Assembly (NCBI GenBank): GCA_050015395.1
Contig: JBEKBM010000012.1
Span: 19,498 to 83,497 of the forward strand
Source of the DNA: Candidatus Bathyarchaeia archaeon
GTDB lineage: Archaea; Thermoproteota; Bathyarchaeia; Bathyarchaeales; Bathycorpusculaceae
DNA length: 64,000 nucleotides
Reading direction: 5' to 3'
Made by a program: the position numbers and the translations under genes
The notes under the pieces: generated by a model
The model's input: only the letters and a program-made list of their open reading frames with translations
What the model was told of the DNA's origin: nothing
The model's database searches: none
Part shown: in pieces, positions 20,296 to 28,894 of the stretch
Numbering within the stretch: position 1 is the first letter of the stretch
How the letters are laid out: each line of letters opens with the position of its first letter

Positions 20296-20415
20296 TAGGG
20301 CATTTGTGTGTGCGCTACAGCCTACCCCCTAGTCTACTAGATGCTTCTAATATGCTTCAAATATGTTTCAACATAGGTGTGCATAGAAGTGAGGTGCGCA
20401 CTTTTGCATGCAGAA
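20296..20415 (-). repeat. ~120-bp dispersed repeat, copy 2 (inverted relative to copy 1)
   Basis: Shares GGTAGGCTGTAGCGCACACACAAAT, CATCTAGTAGAC and CATATTTGAAGC with 17399-17517. Confidence 0.85.
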
Positions 20416-20622
20416 TTGGTGAAATTACATGTAGAATTGGATGCAAATTTGTTAGCTTAACATCTTTGCCTATAAAATTGGGTCAGCGATGATTGACGAT
20501 TTCTCACAGCTTGGGCTCGAAGCCGTCGCCTCACATCATCCAGGCGCTTAAATGGGTCTTGGAAGATTTATTTATTTTGATATTCAAAAATCAAAATGGT
20601 ACTAAGCCACTAAAAAAGCATT

Positions 20623-20850
20623 ATGAAATTTGATGGCTTTCCAAGAGAAAAGACAATCTTATCCTTCAAGCTAACAAATGGTGTAGGCTGGTTAACCACT
20701 TATCGCCTCATCATTCAACAAGAGAAGCATAACCCGCGCCTCAACATCATGGAGAGGCAAGACCCTGAAATGTACCTTTTACGCGATTTTGAGAAAGCCG
20801 AAATAAAAGACGAAACGCTCACCGTTAGTGGACTTTTTTTGAGCGTTTAA
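20623..20850 (+). pseudogene. Probable truncated hypothetical gene
   Basis: Protein-like N-terminus; the frame ends inside the 3' end of the convergent surface-protein gene. Confidence 0.35.
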
Positions 20851-21958
20851 TCATCATGGTCCACAATGCAAGTGCAGCCGCACAAGCGATGAAAGCACCC
20901 GCCGCGCCTATACTGCTTTCTGGAAGTACGAGTGGCATTGGTACCACAAAGGTTGCGGGGGCTGAAGTGCCTTGGTTGTCTGTTGCGTTAACCGTGTAGC
21001 TGCCAGGGGTTGCGGTTGCTGGGACGGTGAATGTTGCTTTGAAGGAGCCTGTGTCGTCTGTGGTGGTTGTCCCGCTTAGAGTTACGGATGTTCCGTCGAA
21101 AGTTGCTGTCATAGGTGAGTTAACGGCGAAGCCTGAACCAGAAATTGTGATTACATCACCCGGTTGACCTGATGAAGGTGTCAAAGTGATTGATGGTGCT
21201 GCGGGGAAGGTTACGAGTGTGGCTAGCCATGAGCCAACGCCTGCTCCTGTTGTTCCCGATTCGGCTTGACCAGTGGATGAAACAATGTTTTCAAGGTAAC
21301 TGACTGAGATTCCGTTGTTTAATGCTCCGTCAAGTAATAAGAAGCCGTTTGTGGGCGATGATTGGCTATAACCATTTAGGAGTGCGCCGCCAACCCATAG
21401 TTCATTAGCGTAAGTGGTTGTAGGTGTCTTACCAGTATCTATAACTGCGCTGTTACCCTCGGAATCGGTTAATTGGTCTATATAGTGGTTTTGTATATAA
21501 GCGGTGTCTAGTCCGCTGTATTCGCAAATGTCCGTAGTTGCGCAGGTTATGGTTCCTGTCCCTTGGATAAAGGGTAAGGCAATTGTTATGGTCTTTGATG
21601 CGGTTGCTGAATTTACTAGTCCCCACCACACTTGTATGCTGCAACCGCCGCTACTGCTAGTGGTAGTCCATGAATGGCTAGCGGGCCAGGTTACTCCGGT
21701 TTGAGTTATTTGGGGACCAACTTGGGGCTGGTTTGAACCAGTCAATTCTAGGCCCATTACAGCTATGAGAACATCGCCGCTCTGTGGAGTTTGTGCCAAA
21801 GTAACTGAAATGGGGCTGCTGCCTGTTGTTGTTCCTTGCGCAGGGCCTTGCACCCGCGTGATAGCTGGAGCTGGATCATTCGCATAAACAGGACTTGGTA
21901 CACAAATTATTACCATACTAAGGACTAGTATACTTATAACTAGAAGAGCCTTCTTCGT
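20825..21958 (-). CDS. Cell-surface protein with IPT/TIG-like domain and C-terminal PES-TM-basic sorting signal (paralogue 1)
   Basis: Thr/Ser/Gly-rich beta domains; tail LVLPESSIGAAGAFIACAAALALWTMMIKRSKKVH. The codon homologous to the paralogue 2 start is ACG at 21958; first ATG is at 21916. Confidence 0.8.
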   Translation of the reverse strand, partial: TKKALLVISILVLSMVIICVPSPVYANDPAPAITRVQGPAQGTTTGSSPISVTLAQTPQSGDVLIAVMGLELTGSNQPQVGPQITQTGVTWPASHSWTTTSSSGGCSIQVWWGLVNSATASKTITIALPFIQGTGTITCATTDICEYSGLDTAYIQNHYIDQLTDSEGNSAVIDTGKTPTTTYANELWVGGALLNGYSQSSPTNGFLLLDGALNNGISVSYLENIVSSTGQAESGTTGAGVGSWLATLVTFPAAPSITLTPSSGQPGDVITISGSGFAVNSPMTATFDGTSVTLSGTTTTDDTGSFKATFTVPATATPGSYTVNATDNQGTSAPATFVVPMPLVLPESSIGAAGAFIACAAALALWTMMIKRSKKVH

Positions 21959-22086
21959 AGTTTCCCCTCTCCCTTCCTCTCGTTAGCACCTAAATTACAC
22001 CATAGCTTAAATATCCTACATTTCTTGATTGACGGGAGCATGCGGTTGGATGTTTGCTTCTCTTGTCCAGTTTTTTATAGAGTAGC
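21959..22086 (-). promoter_or_regulatory. Conserved upstream region of surface protein paralogue 1
   Basis: Shares blocks TCTCGTTAGCAC, TTTCTTGATTGA, GGAGCATGCGGTT, TTTTTTATAGAGTAGC with 23933-24065. Confidence 0.7.
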
Positions 22087-22675
22087 GTATGCTAAATGCA
22101 AAACCCCCCACAACGCACTTCAAGCCAATCACAGAGTAGCAAATGCTTAAAATCTGGGCGAGAAAATTCAATCAAGTAACAAATAACAAATAAAAGCATA
22201 AACGTATAGGCGTGGATCTGCTGATATTACATCTGTTACTTTTGGCATAAGCAGAAATTTTAATGCTTACCTGAGAATTAAGGACGCGACGACTTATGAT
22301 AAGCTTGCTAACGCCAACTTCCTTTATCTTTTAACAATAAGCATCCGTAGCGTAGGCTAATATAGCAATAAAATGGCAAAAGTTGAACGCTTTTTCTTAA
22401 CAACTGGAAAAGTAACCTTAACTTAAAATAAAAAGATCTGAGAAAAACTCACCCAGCAATACAATGACAACACACAACTGAAATTAGCCGACAACCCCTC
22501 TGAAACCGATATAAGATTGATACAAAAAGCGCCAAAAAAATAATGGTGCATGCGATGTCTGTTCAGTTTCCTTCATTGAAATAGCCAGAAAAATATAAAT
22601 TGGTTCAACTACCGCGGTTTCGCCAAAGATGTTTTATAAAATATTACGTTGTTCCTTTAACAGGAAGTGAAAACT

Positions 22676-22780
22676 ATGAAAGGGTACGCAGTCAATCATG
22701 AAAAGGAAACCTTAAAAAACAGTAACTTCCGCCACGTTCTTTATACAGGCAGATATAACCAGCTTGTTCTGATGAGTTAG
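22676..22780 (+). pseudogene. Cupin-domain protein N-terminal fragment
   Basis: MKGYAVNHEKETLKNSNFRHVLYTGRYNQLVLMS* matches the NFRxVLYT..SQLVLMS cupin N-terminus; stops at codon 35. Confidence 0.7.
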
Positions 22781-22843
22781 CTGCGCCTTTTGAAAAGCTT
22801 GGTTGTATGTAAGCAATAAAAATCCTTAAAAAGAGAAAATTGT

Positions 22844-23932
22844 TTAGTTAATTTTCTTGCGTTTTGTCGCTATTGTCCATACTGCGAGGGCAGCTGCACA
22901 CGCAAAAACAGAACTAATCACGCCTACAGGGCTTTCAGGAGTCACTGTGAATGGATTGAGGCTATTATCGGCTGAAGCGCCTTGGTTGTCGGTTGCTATG
23001 ACCGTGTAGCCGCCATTGGTTTCGCTTGGGACTTGGAATGTGCACGTGAAATAACCTGTGCTATCTGTGGTTGTTGTGCCGATTAGAGTTAAGGGTGATC
23101 CGTCGAAAGTTGCTGTCATTGGTGAGTCAACGGCGAATCCATAACCAGTAAGCGTGATAGTAGCCCCCGGCCCACCGTAGTTAGGCGTTAGAGTTATCGA
23201 TGGGGTTGCGGGTAAGGTTACAAGTATGGCTACCCAAACGCCTGATCCACCAACCGCGGTGGTTCCTGACTCAGCGTTACCGGTTGATGAAACGATGTTT
23301 TCTAGATAGCTTAGGGAGATACCAGTGCTTATGGCACCATCAAGTAATGTGAACCCGTGAGTGGGCGATGATTGAGCGTAAGTGTTTAAAATTGCGCCGC
23401 CAACCCACAACTCGTTTGCATAAGTTGTTGGATCAGTTGCAGTAGTGTCTGTGGTTGTGGTGGGGCTAGTCTTTGTTTTTGAAGCAGTTTGGTCTCCCTG
23501 GGGGTGACTTATTATGTAAGCTGTGTTTAATCCGCTATACTCGCAAACATCTGCAACGGCAGAAGTGATTGTTCCTGTTAGAGAGATTGTTGTGGTTTTG
23601 GATGCGCTTGCTGAGTCGACTATACCAGCCCACACTTCTATATCGTAACCAGTCATTGAAGTGGAAAAGATGTTATACCAAGTTACTCCAGTTTGACTTA
23701 TTGAGCCAACACTAGGCGATGTACCCTTTGCACCTATTACAGCTACGAGCACATTGCCGCTGCTGGGTGTGTTTGACAGCGTAACTGAAAGAGAGCCCAG
23801 GGTTAATATTCCTCGGGCATTGCCTTGCACCCGTGTAATAGCTTGTGGACCGTTTGCGTGTACAAAGCTAGGTAAACTGACTAATACGATGCTCAAAATT
23901 AATACTATGGTAATTATAAGATTTTTCTTCAT
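22844..23932 (-). CDS. Cell-surface protein with IPT/TIG-like domain and C-terminal PES-TM-basic sorting signal (paralogue 2)
   Basis: Signal peptide MKKNLIITIVLILSIVLVSLPSFVHA; tail FTVTPESPVGVISSVFACAAALAVWTIATKRKKIN; collinear with paralogue 1. Confidence 0.85.
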   Translation of the reverse strand: MKKNLIITIVLILSIVLVSLPSFVHANGPQAITRVQGNARGILTLGSLSVTLSNTPSSGNVLVAVIGAKGTSPSVGSISQTGVTWYNIFSTSMTGYDIEVWAGIVDSASASKTTTISLTGTITSAVADVCEYSGLNTAYIISHPQGDQTASKTKTSPTTTTDTTATDPTTYANELWVGGAILNTYAQSSPTHGFTLLDGAISTGISLSYLENIVSSTGNAESGTTAVGGSGVWVAILVTLPATPSITLTPNYGGPGATITLTGYGFAVDSPMTATFDGSPLTLIGTTTTDSTGYFTCTFQVPSETNGGYTVIATDNQGASADNSLNPFTVTPESPVGVISSVFACAAALAVWTIATKRKKIN

Positions 23933-24065
23933 AGTTTACCCTCACCTTTCTCTCGTTAGCACTTAAATCAGCGCCACTAGTTTATATGTTTTATCCCTTT
24001 CTTGATTGATAGGAGCATGCGGTTAGATGTTTGATTCGCATACGCCCCGTTTTTTATAGAGTAGC
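23933..24065 (-). promoter_or_regulatory. Conserved upstream region of surface protein paralogue 2
   Basis: Second copy of the block at 21959-22086; GGTGA-type RBS before the ATG. Confidence 0.7.
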
Positions 24066-24112
24066 TTACTTCTGCCCAGTTGTTACGTCGTTCTATCTTA
24101 ACCTTAACGTTT

Positions 24113-26128
24113 TTAGTAGGGAACCCATTCCACGTATATTTCGTCATTTATAGCTGATATTTTTTGGTATAATATTTGATTTTGGCGGAATTCCTCTATT
24201 TTGTTTTCGTAATGATTTGCGTTCCCTTGCGGAAGGTCAGGGTTTTCAAATTGTTTGTTCTTAAGTTGTTTAAGCAGGGTTTTGTCTGCTTCGGGGAGGG
24301 CTGCGATTTTTTTCCGAGCCGCAACGCGCATTAATAATTTCTTGCCTGTCAGCGTGGCTATTGAGAAGATTAGTATTATGGCTACGAATATGGTGGATGC
24401 TTCTTGGTTTCTGTATATGTCAATGACGAAAGTGCTGTTGGATATTTTGAATTGACCCCATATGTTTTCGTAGGCTTGGCTAAGAGAGAACAGCTGAGTC
24501 GTTGCTGCTTGAATGTTCATTGCTTGAGCAGTTTGGTTGTTTATGTCTGTAACGTATTTTAGTAAAGTGATTTTGACGGCATAATTGGTTATTGTGCCGT
24601 TTGTTTCCAGATTGAGAGAGTCAAACCAGTAAACTAGATCAAGTGTCTGATTGAGGGTCGGAGCATTTGCAATGATTTCTTCTCCGTTTACGATGCTATC
24701 GTTTTGATCGTATATGGTTAGGTCAGTTATTTTTTCGATGTTTATGGGGTATGCTTGATAGTTTAGGCATCCTTCCCAAGTGTGGAATTGCGATTGAAGA
24801 TTGGAAACCTCGAAAATTGCGTATACTGTATTAGAGCTGCTATTTTGTGTGAGGAGGTAGTCGCCTACAAAAATCAAACCCAATTCTTGTTCAGCTTGTG
24901 TCTCTCGCCCTAAGAAAGCTGCAGACCAACCAGTGGCGTTTGAGAAAGCGGCAAGTTCACCCGTGCTAGGGTTGAAGTTTAGGGCTGATTCGTCCCCTTT
25001 CGCTACGACGTTATAATTTACTGCTGCCGCTTGAACTATGAGGTCTGAACAAATCAAAAGAAAAAGCAAAACTATCGCCATTCGTCTCCAGTCAATTTTA
25101 GTTTTGGGCCAATGGAGAATTCGCCCGCATTTGTCGCATATTGTTTGTGAGTTCTTGCAAAAAGAGCAAACGTTGGCTTTCCCTTGTATAAAAGAAAGCT
25201 TAAGCACTTTGCTTCCGAAATACAACAAAATTAGTGTTCCGACGAATGCAAGCGCTGTTCCGGCGACGTCATGGAAGAATTCGAGGGCCAAGCCGAGACC
25301 CCAAAAGTGCCCCAGAACAACCATTGTAATTATTCTAAACACATTAAGGAAGTAAGCTGCACAAACAGCGAGAGCAGCGTAAAGGATTTTTTTGATTGGG
25401 GAACCAGAAGCTAGGTAGCCGAAAACAACTGCGCAGAACAGAAAGGCGGTTAGGGAATATATTCCGGAACATGCGGCGTCCAAAGAAAACTGAATTTTTG
25501 CTCCAGCTGCGGTGATGGTGCTTAATACTACAATCGGTTGATAGGTAATGCCAATTGGAAGGAAGGGCTTAAGAATTGAGGATGCCAAAGCACCGTCCGA
25601 AGACATCAGGTTTCCGCCGTAAGCATCCATGAAAAATAGTGGAAAAGGACTTAGGAAAGCTACCAAGGCGATTGGAAAAACCAGTAGTTTAAGCGTGTCA
25701 GCGCCGAAAATAAGCAGGGTTACGCCTGCGACAAAGATGGGCAGAGATAGAAGGTGAAGTTGCAGTGAATAGAAGGAGTAGGAACCCAAAACATATATGA
25801 GAAGTGCTAACAGTAAAAGGGATACGCCAAATAAATCTTGAGACTTGGAGTTTTTGCGTGAAACCAAAAAGGCTTTTCTGCGTCTATAAAAGAAGTAGGC
25901 TACAACAAAGGGAACCAGCAGGACATACTGTGCTTCCTGATCGGATAGGGCGAGGCTAAACACTTGCACGAAGTCTTGAAAATACGTTACGATTGGAAAT
26001 ATGAGAAACAATGAGAGTTTAATGCTAAGGGGCACAAAATTCGGCGATTTTAAGGCTGCCCTCCAATTGAACAATCCGCTCTTTATTTTCTCAATGTTCA
26101 ACTGTCCTGGGTTCCCCTCTGGTCTCAA
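24113..26128 (-). CDS. Exosortase/archaeosortase family protein with C-terminal EpsI-like extracellular domain
   Basis: Multi-TM; catalytic triad contexts AACSGIYSL (Cys), NVFRI (Arg), FFHDVAG (His); CxxC..CxxC linker; FHTWEGCL in the C-terminal domain. Confidence 0.88.
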   Translation of the reverse strand: MRPEGNPGQLNIEKIKSGLFNWRAALKSPNFVPLSIKLSLFLIFPIVTYFQDFVQVFSLALSDQEAQYVLLVPFVVAYFFYRRRKAFLVSRKNSKSQDLFGVSLLLLALLIYVLGSYSFYSLQLHLLSLPIFVAGVTLLIFGADTLKLLVFPIALVAFLSPFPLFFMDAYGGNLMSSDGALASSILKPFLPIGITYQPIVVLSTITAAGAKIQFSLDAACSGIYSLTAFLFCAVVFGYLASGSPIKKILYAALAVCAAYFLNVFRIITMVVLGHFWGLGLALEFFHDVAGTALAFVGTLILLYFGSKVLKLSFIQGKANVCSFCKNSQTICDKCGRILHWPKTKIDWRRMAIVLLFLLICSDLIVQAAAVNYNVVAKGDESALNFNPSTGELAAFSNATGWSAAFLGRETQAEQELGLIFVGDYLLTQNSSSNTVYAIFEVSNLQSQFHTWEGCLNYQAYPINIEKITDLTIYDQNDSIVNGEEIIANAPTLNQTLDLVYWFDSLNLETNGTITNYAVKITLLKYVTDINNQTAQAMNIQAATTQLFSLSQAYENIWGQFKISNSTFVIDIYRNQEASTIFVAIILIFSIATLTGKKLLMRVAARKKIAALPEADKTLLKQLKNKQFENPDLPQGNANHYENKIEEFRQNQILYQKISAINDEIYVEWVPY

Positions 26129-26709
26129 TCTAAATAGCCATGGTTTATTAAGCTTTAAGAAGCAGAAATATAATTTGCATCCTTAAGAACATAGCGCAGA
26201 TCTAGCAGATTGACTGATCTGCAATTGTATTAGCAGGTTTTAAGAAGACAATTTACTCCTTTTTTTATTCAAGCCAAGCATAATTTCAAAAGCCAAAGAT
26301 AATATTCATCTAAAACTGAAAGCGTTCAACGTAGCTAATTTAGCAATTATGGAAAAAAATGAAACTTTAGCTTATTTCTTACGGGCTGATTGTCTCCCAT
26401 GTAACCTAACGCTTAACCGCATTGCTGAGCGTTGCTTTTTGCTTGGCTAAGTTCTCTCGGCATGGGACTTTTCGCGCCCGCGCCTCACCTGTTCCATAAT
26501 TGGGTAGAACTCCTTCGTCATAGGTGCAAGATTTGTTGTGCTTGCTTCCTCTGTTAAGTCCGTCGTTATGGGTGCTCATTTTTGGTGAGGCAATAAAAAT
26601 AAGTGCGAGGGGATTGGTTAAATGTTGCTGTGTGATCACGCATGTTCATTGTTACTAGTCACTAAAGTTCATTGTTATAGAGTGCTTTTGAGAGCGCTAA
26701 AAGTGCATT

Positions 26710-27708
26710 TCATTTGATTATGTTTTGCGGTTTGCCTTGAATGAAGGCTTTAATGTTTTCAATGGTGCCGTTAACAAGCCGCTCTAAGGACTCTTTACTG
26801 TTAAACGCGCAATGAGGCGTTATAATCACGTTTTTGAGCCTCAAAAGAATATGCTCTTGCAGCATCGTTGCCAACTGTTCCCGTGGAATATTATCCAAAA
26901 GCAACTGTGCCTCCTCTCGAATAAGTGCTTCTTGCTCCAAAACATCCAAGCCTGCGCCTCTGAGATGACCACTCAAAAGTGCTTCAGTTAGCGCTTGTGA
27001 ATCGATGAGCCCGCCTCTTGCGGTATTGATTACGACGGCGCCCCTCTTCATGAGTTTGATGGTGTCCTTGTTTAAGAAGTGATGAGTCTCATTGTTGAAT
27101 GGCAAATGTAAAGTAACCACGTCTGACTGCGCTAGCAAGTCAGGCCAATCCACATATTTGAAGCCTAAAGCGTCTGCCAAATTCATGTTAGGAAACTTAT
27201 CATAAGCCAACACTTCCATCCTGAAGCCCTTAGCTATCTCAATCACTTTGGTGCCAATCCTACCAGTGCCCAGAACTCCGAGGATTTTTCCGTTTAAATC
27301 AAAGCCTCGAACGCCTTCACATGTGAAGTCGCCTTGACGTGTTCTCTCGTAAGAGTCATGGATATTGCGTGAGAGGGAAAGAATCAAAGCGAACGTGTGC
27401 TCAGCAACAGTAACCTCGCCATAGGTAGGAACATTGCAAACTAAAATGCCCCTTCGCCTGCAAGCTTCAAGGTCTATGTGGTCAAAACCCGTTGAACGAG
27501 TAGCGATTAAACGTGCCTTTTCAAGTTTATCGATGACGCCGCTGTTCAGGTTAGAGTAAATGAAAACTGAGACAACCTCAAAATCCACAACTTGGTCAAC
27601 GTTTGCTTCACTTAATTCTTCCTTGAACAGGCGAATCTCATAATCGGCTAACCCCTTTTCTAGAAGGGGCTGCTCCCAGTCTTGAACCTCAAAGAAAGCA
27701 ATCTTCAA
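26710..27708 (-). CDS. D-isomer specific 2-hydroxyacid dehydrogenase (D-lactate dehydrogenase-like)
   Basis: RSTGFDHID, GTGRIG, INTARG, GLDVLEQE, ITPHCAF. Confidence 0.9.
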   Translation of the reverse strand: MKIAFFEVQDWEQPLLEKGLADYEIRLFKEELSEANVDQVVDFEVVSVFIYSNLNSGVIDKLEKARLIATRSTGFDHIDLEACRRRGILVCNVPTYGEVTVAEHTFALILSLSRNIHDSYERTRQGDFTCEGVRGFDLNGKILGVLGTGRIGTKVIEIAKGFRMEVLAYDKFPNMNLADALGFKYVDWPDLLAQSDVVTLHLPFNNETHHFLNKDTIKLMKRGAVVINTARGGLIDSQALTEALLSGHLRGAGLDVLEQEALIREEAQLLLDNIPREQLATMLQEHILLRLKNVIITPHCAFNSKESLERLVNGTIENIKAFIQGKPQNIIK

Positions 27709-28173
27709 AAAACTCGCCGCTGTAACATTGAGTCTTATGCTTGGTATAAATAATTTGGTATGTATTTTAATCCCTAAAGTGTGAAAAACAATGAGCAGAA
27801 CACATTAAAACTTCTATCACAGTACCAGAAATAGGGGTACTTTTTTTGGTCGTTTGGATAACAAAAAGAGGGTAAGTAGGTTATTTTTAGCTAGTGGGAA
27901 TAGGTCTAAAAAATAGGCAGATAGGCGTAATATTGCCTTAGACATTGCATAGAAAATCCTAAAAGGCGTATACTATTTGCTTGGCAGTTTCAGTAGCAAA
28001 AAGAAGGCTTCCCCCGTGGGTAAGCCAGCTTCTCAAACAAGCGTTTATAAGCTGTTATGGACGTGCCTTCCTTGGTAGAGAGTTAGCCATGTTATCTTCT
28101 AAGAGTTAAAACGCTAATTCCGATTGGTAAGGTTTAAGTGTGACATTCATGCTTTATGTGCAAGGTGCATTAA

Positions 28174-28335
28174 ATGCCAACTCACGGTTCATTATCTAAA
28201 GCTGGAAAAGTCCGCTCTCAAACGCCGAAAATCCAGGCGACACCAAAAACATCGCCAAGCCCAAAAAACCGAAGCAGACGCAACTACGAGAAACGCGTGA
28301 TTCTGCAGAGGAAACCTGGGCAAAACTGGCTCTAA
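28174..28335 (+). CDS. rps30e: 30S ribosomal protein S30e
   Basis: Not in the ORF track; manual translation [21 protein letters not shown]...RRNYEKR. Confidence 0.95.
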   Translation: MPTHGSLSKAGKVRSQTPKIQATPKTSPSPKNRSRRNYEKRVILQRKPGQNWL

Positions 28336-28419
28336 GCGTTAGACCTATAGAAATAGGTTATCGTCACTTTTTTGACAAAAGTTAAGAGAAGATGGCGGTC
28401 TTAATATTATGTGATAGAT

Positions 28420-28610
28420 ATGGATGAAACACCAGAAATTTATCCACAATTAAAAAAATTGAAAATGACATCGAAACTATTAAGATTCTTCTAATAAGAG
28501 GTCGAAAAATGCCAAGGAAAATAGCGAAGTTGGAAGGTTCACTTAAGGCAGAGATAAGCGAAGAGGATATTGAAGAAGCGGAAAAATCGATTTTCAAGTT
28601 TAGTGACTAA
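28420..28610 (+). pseudogene. Putative antitoxin, frameshifted in a poly-A run
   Basis: MDETPEIYPQLKK joins IENDIETIKILL...EISEEDIEEAEKSIFKFSD* if one A is added; lies directly before a PIN gene. Confidence 0.5.
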
Positions 28611-28611
28611 A

Positions 28612-28805
28612 ATGTATGTAACTGATGCGCATGCTTTTCTTTGGTTTCTTTTACAAGATAAAAAAGAAGGCAAGAAAGCCTTGGAAATTTTTCGAGCGAG
28701 CTGCATGACCGAATAATAGTTGCCACAGCAAAACTCTTGAACGCTAAGCTGATAACAAAAGATGCTAACATAATTGATTCCAAACTAGTTGAGACCATCT
28801 GGTAA
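28612..28805 (+). pseudogene. vapC: VapC/PIN toxin with internal deletion and frameshift
   Basis: MYVTDAHAFLWFL followed out of frame by ELHDRIIVATAKLLNAKLITKD...ETIW*; central part missing. Confidence 0.75.
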
Positions 28806-28894
28806 GTTTAACTCATAAGCAAAAACTGTTTTTTCAAGCCTTAAACGCTCCTCAACGTTAGTGTAGTTTATTTATCACTTAACTAAACCATATT

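Noticed and set aside
26406-26639. 77-aa minus-strand ORF as a transposase fragment
   Set aside because: No recognisable catalytic motif or terminal repeats
28382-28798. Two minus-strand ORFs in the ORF track
   Set aside because: They are antisense to the decayed vapBC pair on the + strand
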